A stretch of DNA of 13,466 bases, taken from an uncultured Oscillospiraceae bacterium. Lineage in GTDB: Bacteria > Bacillota > Clostridia > Oscillospirales > Oscillospiraceae. The position numbers were made by a program, and so were the translations under genes. Position 1 is the first letter of the stretch, and each line of letters starts with the position of its first letter. Of the stretch, positions 1 to 5,454 are shown piece by piece. The notes below the pieces were generated by a model. It was not told the DNA's origin and did no database searches. It saw only the letters and a program-made list of their open reading frames with translations. The stretch covers positions 1 through 13,466 of the forward strand of contig CAZRNK010000026.1 in the NCBI GenBank assembly GCA_964601435.1. The letters run 5' to 3'.

Positions 1-7
1 TTTGGGC

Positions 8-60
8 TCCACCCGTTTCTTTCGCTGAAGAAAGAAATGGGTGGAATATTCTTTTTGGTT
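8..60 (+). terminator. Rho-independent terminator for an upstream plus-strand gene lying outside the window: a 16-bp stem hairpin (8-45) followed by a T-rich tract
   Basis: The stem tccacccgtttctttc (8-23) pairs with gaaagaaatgggtgga (30-45) with a single c/t mismatch (a G-U pair in RNA), and the loop is gctgaa. It is followed by atattctttttggtt (46-60). It lies between convergent genes. Confidence 0.55.
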
Positions 61-86
61 CCTTTTCTTGCAGAAGCAAGAAAAGG
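61..86. terminator. Perfect 11-bp stem hairpin (ccttttcttgc-agaa-gcaagaaaagg). It may be a second terminator; the flanks are T-rich on the plus strand.
   Basis: The inverted repeat can be read directly. It sits 32 bp beyond the floT stop codon on the opposite strand, and cttgtttcttt follows it on the plus strand. Confidence 0.45.
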
Positions 87-117
87 ACTGCTCTTGTTTC
101 TTTCGCTGAAGAAAGTG

Positions 118-1584
118 TTATTGCTCTGTCTCTGCGCTGCCGGACTCATCCGCCGGCGCGTCAGGCTCCGACGGCTCCTCTGCCGGTTTGTCGGATTCCC
201 CGGTGCTGGCCGGGGCGGCCGTACTCTCGCCGCCGGCAGTCTTGCCCAGGAACTCCGGCAGCTCCATGCCAGCCATGTTGAACAGCTCGTTGATGGGCGG
301 GATGGACTTCATCAGGCCGGAGATAAAGCCGGCAGTCGAGGTCTTGCCCTCCCGGTTTTCGCCGCCGTCCCAGACGGTAATCTTGTCGATTTTGATGTTC
401 TTGACAGCGTCCACCTGGATGCGCATCAGCTCTTCCATCTTGTCTGCCAGCATCAGGCGCAGGGCGTCCACCGGGTTGCCGCCGGCGGCGTCCACGATTT
501 CCTTCAGACCTTCCGCCTGTTTGGTGAGCATGGCCTTCATACCTTCCGCCTCGGCCTGCATCTTGGCCAGAATGGCGTCCGCCTCACCCTGGGCCTTGCG
601 GCGGATTTTCTCGGCCTCGGCCTCGGCCTCCAGCTCGATTTTCCGCTTTTCGATTTCTGTACGGACGATGACGTCGGCCTCCTGGGTGGCTTTCTCACGG
701 GCAAAGCGGGCCTCTTCCGCCTGCTGCTCGGCAGCGTAGGCTTCCTCCAGGGCTTTGGCAGCCTGGATTTTCTCTGCGGCAGTGGCGATTTTCAGCGCCT
801 CGGCCTCTTTTTCGCGCCGGGCGGCGTTGGACATGGCAATCTCCACCTGGGCGGCGTTTTCGCCCTGGATGGCCTCGCTGTCCGCCTGGGACACCTGGAC
901 ACGCTGGTCCCGGTGGGCCTGGGCCTCGCCGATGGAGCCGTCACGCTCTTTTTCGGCCACGCTCTTTTTCGCATCGTTGATGGCCTTGGCGGCGGCCTCT
1001 TTACCCAGGGCGCTGATGTAGCCGCTCTCATCGGAGATGTCGGTGACGTTGACGTTGATAAGCCGGAGGCCAATCTTCTTCAGCTCGCCCTCCACGTTCC
1101 GGGAGACGCTCTCCAGGAACTTATCCCTGTCCATGTTAATCTCTTCGATGTCCATGGTGGCAATCACCAGACGGAGCTGTCCAAAGATAATGTCCTTGGC
1201 CAGTTCCTGGATTTCCGCCAGGCGCAGGCCCAGAAGCCGCTCGGCGGCGTTCTGCATGACGCCGGTCTCGGTGGAGATGCCCACAGTGAACCGGGAGGGG
1301 ACGTTAATCCGGATATTCTGGCGGCTCAGGGCATTTTCCAAATCCACAGAGATGGAAAGGGGCGTCAAATCCAGGAATTCATAGGCCTGGATGACCGGCC
1401 AGACGAAGGCCGCGCCGCCATGGACGCAGCGGGCGCTGCGGGACGTGCCGTCGGGGTTGTTGCCCACCTTACCATAGATGACCATGACTTTGTCCGATGG
1501 GCAGCGTTTGTAGCGCAGTGCAATCAGCAGTACCAGGGAAAAGACAAGGACTGCAATGACGCATACCAGAATGATGGTTTCCAT
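118..1584 (-). CDS. floT: Flotillin (SPFH/band-7 family, FloT/YuaG-like), 488 aa. It has an N-terminal TM helix, an SPFH domain, an Ala/Glu-rich coiled coil and an acidic C-terminal tail.
   Basis: The translation aligns along its length with B. subtilis FloT as recalled: an N-terminal hydrophobic anchor, a KIGLRLINVNVTDISDESGYISALG-like SPFH core, an EA-repeat coiled coil and a C-terminal KITVWDGGE motif. The RBS GGGAGG lies 7 nt upstream of the ATG at 1584-1582. The ORF-track start at 1599 is a GTG inside that RBS. Confidence 0.9.
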   Translation of the reverse strand: METIILVCVIAVLVFSLVLLIALRYKRCPSDKVMVIYGKVGNNPDGTSRSARCVHGGAAFVWPVIQAYEFLDLTPLSISVDLENALSRQNIRINVPSRFTVGISTETGVMQNAAERLLGLRLAEIQELAKDIIFGQLRLVIATMDIEEINMDRDKFLESVSRNVEGELKKIGLRLINVNVTDISDESGYISALGKEAAAKAINDAKKSVAEKERDGSIGEAQAHRDQRVQVSQADSEAIQGENAAQVEIAMSNAARREKEAEALKIATAAEKIQAAKALEEAYAAEQQAEEARFAREKATQEADVIVRTEIEKRKIELEAEAEAEKIRRKAQGEADAILAKMQAEAEGMKAMLTKQAEGLKEIVDAAGGNPVDALRLMLADKMEELMRIQVDAVKNIKIDKITVWDGGENREGKTSTAGFISGLMKSIPPINELFNMAGMELPEFLGKTAGGESTAAPASTGESDKPAEEPSEPDAPADESGSAETEQ

Positions 1585-1608
1585 GAATGAACCTCCCACA
1601 AGATTTCT

Positions 1609-1633
1609 CCTGCCTCCCGGCAGGGTTTTTTAT
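1609..1633 (+). terminator. Terminator-like hairpin plus T6 tract on the plus strand, antisense to the nfeD-floT intergenic spacer
   Basis: cctgcc-tccc-ggcagg (1609-1624) is followed by g-tttttt-at (1625-1633). On the minus-strand mRNA the same hairpin sits 13 nt upstream of the floT RBS and is preceded by an A-tract, so it is not a minus-strand terminator. Confidence 0.35.
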
Positions 1634-1709
1634 GGTTTCCGCAGCAAAACCCGCCGCGGGAAAACCGCTCTTTTTGTATCCGGCGTCCAGCTTCGCCGGA
1701 GGGGACATC

Positions 1710-2321
1710 TTATGTATGCTGGCGGCGGACCACCAGGACGTTGCCGCCGGAAATGCCGGTGACCACCACGCTGGTGCCCGTGGGCAGAGGCGTCTCCTCA
1801 TCCGTGACGGCCTGGCACTCCACCAGCCGCTCCTGGATAAGGGCCGTCACTTTCCCCTGACCGCTCCGGGCCGGGGGGATGGACAGGTAGACATTGGCGG
1901 ACACCCCCACCGCGTTGTGGAGATTCACCGTTCCGTCATACTGGAGCTTCATGGCCCAGCGCAGGGCCAGGGCGATGAGAAACATGGCGGCGAGACCGAA
2001 GATGGCCGCCAGGGTGACGGCCAGGCCGGGGACAACGCCGCCCCGGGTCATGGCCAGGCCAGACCAGCCAAAGACACAGAAGAAGGCCACAAAGCCCCGG
2101 ACTGTGAAGATGCGCAAATCTGTCGAGACACCGTCGGAGATGTCCTGCGTGGCGTCGTCGATGCCGTCGCCGTCAATGTCCGTCTCAAAGTCTGTATCCC
2201 CGCCGCTGCCCAGGCCAAAGAGCAGCATCACGGTCTGGATTACCAAAATGAGTGTGGCCGGGCAGGCCAGACAGGCCAGTACCCGTTCCAGGGTTGTTAA
2301 GGATTCCCACCAGAGTACCAT
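1710..2321 (-). CDS. nfeD: NfeD-family membrane protein (YuaF-like short NfeD, OB-fold C-terminal domain), 203 aa, partner of the flotillin
   Basis: It has an N-terminal TM helix, a central TM bundle (VRGFVAFFCVFGWSGLAMTRGGVVPGLAVTLAAIFGLAAMFLIALAL) and a C-terminal beta-rich OB-fold-like segment (GQGKVTALIQERLVECQAVTDEETPLPTGTSVVVTGISGGNVLVVRR). It sits immediately upstream of floT on the same strand, as in B. subtilis yuaF-floT. The RBS GGAAGG lies 6 nt upstream of the ATG. Confidence 0.8.
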   Translation of the reverse strand: MVLWWESLTTLERVLACLACPATLILVIQTVMLLFGLGSGGDTDFETDIDGDGIDDATQDISDGVSTDLRIFTVRGFVAFFCVFGWSGLAMTRGGVVPGLAVTLAAIFGLAAMFLIALALRWAMKLQYDGTVNLHNAVGVSANVYLSIPPARSGQGKVTALIQERLVECQAVTDEETPLPTGTSVVVTGISGGNVLVVRRQHT

Positions 2322-2361
2322 AATATGCCTTCCTCTCTCTACTCAATCAAGCAAATTGGGC

Positions 2362-3357
2362 CTAGTCCCCGCCGGAGCTGGCAGAGGCGGCCGCCGCAGC
2401 ACTGGCCGCGGCAATCGTGGCGCACAGCGCCGCCTGCTGGGCGGCGATAAGGGAAATGGCTCCGGCCGTCGCCGCGGCGCTGAGGCTGGCAGTCTGGGCC
2501 AGATAGCTGCTGGTCACCAGCATGCCGGCGTGCATCAGCCGCTGCTGCCGCCCTACGCCGAAGAAGCCGTAGCCCCGCTGGTCTGCGAGGAACGCGTCCA
2601 CCTCCAGCATGTCGGCAACCAGCCGCGCCCGCTCTGCCGGGAGCAGGGCCAGCACCCCCAGGGTGCCCAGCTCATAGCCGGTGCCGTATTTCCGACCGGC
2701 GTCCTTCAGCGCCTGGAAGAGGTCCAGGGTTTTCTGCACCTTCTCCTCTGCCGCGCCCTCTCCCAGCGCCAGGATGAGGGACAGGGCCTGGACGGCGTTG
2801 GCCGAGAAAAACTCCGGCTTCAGAAGGGTATAGCAGGCCTCCGCATCCGCCAGAAGGGCCTCGTCCTCCTGCTCGGAAAGGGCCAGCAGGGCCGCAAACA
2901 CGCTGTCCTCCCCGCCGGTCAGGAAGGGGTGGGCCTGCTTCATCTGGTCGTAAATGTGCCGCGTCCGCCCGGCAATCTCCTGGTATTGGGTGTGGGCTGC
3001 CGAGCCGGCCAGGATGGCGGCGGCCACCGGGAGATACTGGGAGCCGAAAAAGTACTCCTTCAGGGCTTCATAGACACTGAGGGCCCCTTTCAGGACGTCT
3101 TCCGGGTGTGCATCCAGGGCCATAAGGGTCACGAGAATGGGCTCCGCGCTGCCGCGAAAGCTGGAGAAAATGCCGGTGTTTTGCTTTAGAATGGAATGGC
3201 AGCGGCGGAGGGTGTCCGCATCGGCGCGCTGCCGGAGGTCGGTAAAGATGGCGGCACAGACCGGGTAGAGATAGGGGCTCTCCCAGGCCATGGCAGCTTT
3301 TACCTGGTCCCGGTTGACGATGAAAGATTCGCACAGCGCGGCGAGGGTGGTATCCAT
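2362..3357 (-). CDS. Uncharacterised protein, probably DUF4003-like, about 331 aa, with an Ala-rich hydrophobic C-terminal tail. The start is taken at MDTTLAAL; an alternative in-frame ATG lies at 3384 (MNAEERNLP...).
   Basis: The ORF is long and compositionally normal. The RBS AAAGGAA lies 8 nt upstream of the ATG at 3357-3355. The upstream in-frame extension in the ORF track (to 3780) overlaps the two small genes and has no RBS. The family assignment is from memory of DUF4003 proteins (about 330 aa, Firmicutes) and has not been confirmed by any search. Confidence 0.6.
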   Translation of the reverse strand: MDTTLAALCESFIVNRDQVKAAMAWESPYLYPVCAAIFTDLRQRADADTLRRCHSILKQNTGIFSSFRGSAEPILVTLMALDAHPEDVLKGALSVYEALKEYFFGSQYLPVAAAILAGSAAHTQYQEIAGRTRHIYDQMKQAHPFLTGGEDSVFAALLALSEQEDEALLADAEACYTLLKPEFFSANAVQALSLILALGEGAAEEKVQKTLDLFQALKDAGRKYGTGYELGTLGVLALLPAERARLVADMLEVDAFLADQRGYGFFGVGRQQRLMHAGMLVTSSYLAQTASLSAAATAGAISLIAAQQAALCATIAAASAAAAASASSGGD

Positions 3358-3398
3358 AGGCAAGTTCCTTTCTTCTGCGTTCATCGAGAACTTTATTT

Positions 3399-3617
3399 CT
3401 AAAACTTCCAAATTACTTTTGCTGCGGCAGAGATAAAAAACAGGATGAGAAAAACGGTCATCATAATGCGGGCCCGGCGGGTGAAGTGCATCCGCTTGGC
3501 GTAGGCATCCACATAGTCTTCCCCGAAGGTCTGCTCCCGCCAGACGACCATCTGCTGGGGAATATAGAGGAATACGTTCCGGGCCCCGGGGCGGCTGCTG
3601 GAATCGACAGGCTTCAT
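3399..3617 (-). CDS. Small tail-anchored membrane protein, 72 aa, paralogue B of a tandem pair (motif W-x-E-x-x-F/Y-GEDY...FTRRAR followed by a C-terminal TM helix)
   Basis: ATG at 3617-3615 with RBS GAAAGGAG 9 nt upstream. It shares the conserved block WREQTFGEDYVDAYAKRMHFTRRARIMMTVFLILFFISAAAKV with its neighbour's WHEESYGEDYIAAQEKKKRFTRRARAWLMGFLVLFFISAVVTAY. A single hydrophobic helix lies at the extreme C-terminus. Confidence 0.6.
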   Translation of the reverse strand: MKPVDSSSRPGARNVFLYIPQQMVVWREQTFGEDYVDAYAKRMHFTRRARIMMTVFLILFFISAAAKVIWKF

Positions 3618-3632
3618 AAGAGACCGCTCCTT

Positions 3633-3866
3633 TCACCGCAGGGCGAAGTAGGCGGTCACAACTGCGGAGATGAAAAAGAGGACGAGGAATCCCATGAGCC
3701 AAGCCCGGGCCCGGCGGGTAAAGCGTTTCTTTTTCTCCTGGGCGGCTATGTAATCTTCTCCGTAACTCTCCTCGTGCCATTTGGACATCTGCTGGGCGGC
3801 GAACATGCCGGCGTTCATCATGAAAAACTCGGGGCGGTCACTGCTGTGCTTCCGTTTCTCCTTCAT
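3633..3866 (-). CDS. Small tail-anchored membrane protein, 77 aa, paralogue A of the tandem pair
   Basis: ATG at 3866-3864 with RBS GAAAGGAG 8 nt upstream, the same RBS context as paralogue B, so the duplication includes the translation signals. It is separated from paralogue B by 15 bp. It has a C-terminal TM helix preceded by the basic FTRRAR motif. Confidence 0.6.
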   Translation of the reverse strand: MKEKRKHSSDRPEFFMMNAGMFAAQQMSKWHEESYGEDYIAAQEKKKRFTRRARAWLMGFLVLFFISAVVTAYFALR

Positions 3867-3908
3867 GGCGCACGCTCCTTTCTTCGCGCCGTGGGTGAAT
3901 ACCTCCTC

Positions 3909-4469
3909 CTATAAATCCAAATCTGCGTACAAGTCGTCTGCCAGACCTTTGAGCCGGGCGGCGCAATAGGTCACGGTCAGGATTTCCAAAACCTGCAACA
4001 CCCGCTTCTTTGCCCCCGGGAAGGGCTCGGCGTAGTCCGCCGTCTCCTGGGAGAGCACCCGCCGCAGCTCCGTCAGGTTCAGAATTTTGGCCTCCTCCAC
4101 GTACAGGATTGCCCCCAGCAGGTAGAGGTAGAGCTGGCTGTCGTCAATGGCGTCGTCCCCGGTATCGGCCAGGTTGCCATTGATGTAGGTCAGGAGCGTA
4201 CAGATGCGCTCCATGTGCATGGTGCTCCGGAGCATGTTGATGATAAGGATGCGGCAGAGCTGTGCCCGGTTATATTTTTTGCGCTGGGGCGGAGGCAGGA
4301 AGCCCCGCTTGACCCAGTTTTGTATCATGTGCATTTCCAGCCCCGTCAGGTTGGAGATTTGGGACAAGACCAGGCCGCCGGCGGTGAAGAGGGAGTCCAT
4401 CAGGCTGCCTACATCCCGGGGCGTTTGTATGTTCATCTCCAGGATACCCCCCGGCAGGGTATGAATCAT
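3909..4469 (-). CDS. Uncharacterised protein with an HTH-like N-terminal segment, probably DUF1836-like, 186 aa; first gene of the operon
   Basis: ATG at 4469-4467 with RBS GAAGGAG 9 nt upstream. The segment LSQISNLTGLEMHMIQNWVKRGFLPPPQRKKYNRAQLCRILIINML resembles the recalled DUF1836 signature (an HTH-like stretch followed by LPPP-x-KKKY). The family name has not been verified. Confidence 0.55.
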   Translation of the reverse strand: MIHTLPGGILEMNIQTPRDVGSLMDSLFTAGGLVLSQISNLTGLEMHMIQNWVKRGFLPPPQRKKYNRAQLCRILIINMLRSTMHMERICTLLTYINGNLADTGDDAIDDSQLYLYLLGAILYVEEAKILNLTELRRVLSQETADYAEPFPGAKKRVLQVLEILTVTYCAARLKGLADDLYADLDL

Positions 4470-4501
4470 GCCGCATCACTCCTTCTTCCAGGTTCGTTTT
4501 C

Positions 4502-4530
4502 ATCATAACATACAGTCAATTGACTGTCAA
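4502..4530 (-). promoter_or_regulatory. Sigma-A promoter for the minus-strand operon: -35 TTGACA (4530-4525), 17-bp spacer, -10 TATGAT (4507-4502). A perfect 16-bp palindrome ACAGTCAATTGACTGT (4512-4527) overlaps the -35 and the spacer and is a candidate operator.
   Basis: On the minus strand the sequence reads ccctcTTGACAgtcaattgactgtatgtTATGATgaaaacgaacctggaagaaggagtgatgcggcATG. The region is AT-rich within a GC-rich genome. The palindrome is exact. Confidence 0.6.
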
Positions 4531-4597
4531 GAGGGATTGAGAGATTTTGCTCGGATTTAACCAATCTGTAATCTGTGTTGCCAGTGCTATTTTCATC

Positions 4598-4626
4598 TTT
4601 ATCAAAAGTGGAATTTATGGTATACT
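4598..4626 (+). promoter_or_regulatory. Candidate sigma-A promoter for the ymdB operon with an extended -10 TGgTATACT (4618-4626) and a weak -35 TTTATC (4598-4603)
   Basis: The extended -10 TG motif sits 52 bp upstream of the ymdB ATG and the spacer is 17 bp. A tandem direct repeat aatctgt x2 lies at 4563-4576 upstream. Confidence 0.4.
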
Positions 4627-4677
4627 ATTTTTATCTGTGACTTTGCCCCTTCTTGAGGGCGGGAAAGGATTTTTGTC

Positions 4678-5454
4678 ATGCAGGTTCGAATTTTGGCTGT
4701 GGGGGATGTGTGCGGCGCGCCGGGGCTCTCTGCCCTGGAGGCCCATCTGCCGGCCTTAAAGCGCCTAAAGCGCATCGACTTCACAGTTGTAAACGGGGAG
4801 AACGCCAATGTAGTAGGGGTGACGCCCCGGCAGGCGGAGGCCATCTTCGCCGCGGGCGCGGATGTGATTACCCTGGGCAACCACACCTGGACGCGCTATG
4901 AGCTCCAGCCCTATATGGACAAGACGCCCCGGATTCTCCGCCCGGCCAACTACGCCCCCCAGTGCCCGGGGCGGGGCTGGGGTGTGTTCACCGCCCCCTT
5001 TGGCAAGGTGCTGGTTTTGAACCTCCTGGGCCGCTTCGCCCTGGATACCAATACGGACAACCCCTTTGTGGTGGCCGACAGCGTCCTCCAGGGGGCGGAG
5101 GAGAAAATCATCCTGGTGGATATGCATGCCGAGGCCACCAGCGAGCGCCGGGCCATGGGCTATTTCCTTGACGGCCGGGTGAGCGCCGTCTGGGGGACCC
5201 ACACCCATGTACAGACCTCCGATGCCGATGTCCTTCCCAACGGGACGGGCTACATCAGCGATTTGGGCATGACTGGGCCGGTACACTCGGTGCTGGGCAT
5301 TGACCCGGTGCAGTCTATTAACAAATTCCTGGGGGACCCGCCCCGGCGCTACCAGTCCGCCGAGGGGCCGGCCAAAATCGAGGGGGCAATCTTTACCCTG
5401 GATACAGAGAGCGGGAAGTGCCTGGAGGCGGAGGCGGTGCGCTATGTCTATTAA
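4678..5454 (+). CDS. ymdB: YmdB-family metallophosphoesterase (TIGR00282-type 2',3'-cyclic-nucleotide phosphodiesterase), 258 aa
   Basis: The translation is collinear with B. subtilis YmdB as recalled: MQVRILAVGDVCGAPG, the GNHTW motif, DMHAEATSE, GRVSAVWGTHTHVQTSD and GMTGP. The RBS GAAAGGA lies 8 nt upstream of the ATG. Confidence 0.9.
   Translation: MQVRILAVGDVCGAPGLSALEAHLPALKRLKRIDFTVVNGENANVVGVTPRQAEAIFAAGADVITLGNHTWTRYELQPYMDKTPRILRPANYAPQCPGRGWGVFTAPFGKVLVLNLLGRFALDTNTDNPFVVADSVLQGAEEKIILVDMHAEATSERRAMGYFLDGRVSAVWGTHTHVQTSDADVLPNGTGYISDLGMTGPVHSVLGIDPVQSINKFLGDPPRRYQSAEGPAKIEGAIFTLDTESGKCLEAEAVRYVY

Noticed and set aside
37-1590. 517-aa plus-strand ORF
   Set aside because: It is exactly antisense to the well-supported flotillin gene. 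The translation is low-complexity (G/L/A/R-rich) with no motif. Long stop-free antisense frames are expected in GC-rich DNA.
1894-3189. 431-aa plus-strand ORF
   Set aside because: It is antisense to nfeD and the DUF4003-like gene. It is Arg/Pro/Gly-rich with no RBS, so it is a GC artefact.
3358-3780. N-terminal extension of the DUF4003-like ORF back to 3780 (472 aa in the ORF track)
   Set aside because: The extension would overlap both small tail-anchored genes in another frame and has no RBS. An internal ATG at 3357 has a good Shine-Dalgarno sequence. The alternative ATG at 3384 is noted but is less well supported.
3399-3866. Whether the two small adjacent genes form a toxin-antitoxin pair
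   Set aside because: They are paralogues of each other with identical architecture (both tail-anchored). That argues against a toxin/antitoxin relationship. They are treated as a duplicated membrane adaptor instead.
5300-5443. Upstream extension of the yhaO ORF (start at 5300)
   Set aside because: The extension lies inside ymdB in another frame and encodes an Arg/Pro-rich peptide. The conserved SbcD N-terminus MSIKILHAADLHLD begins at 5444 with an RBS.
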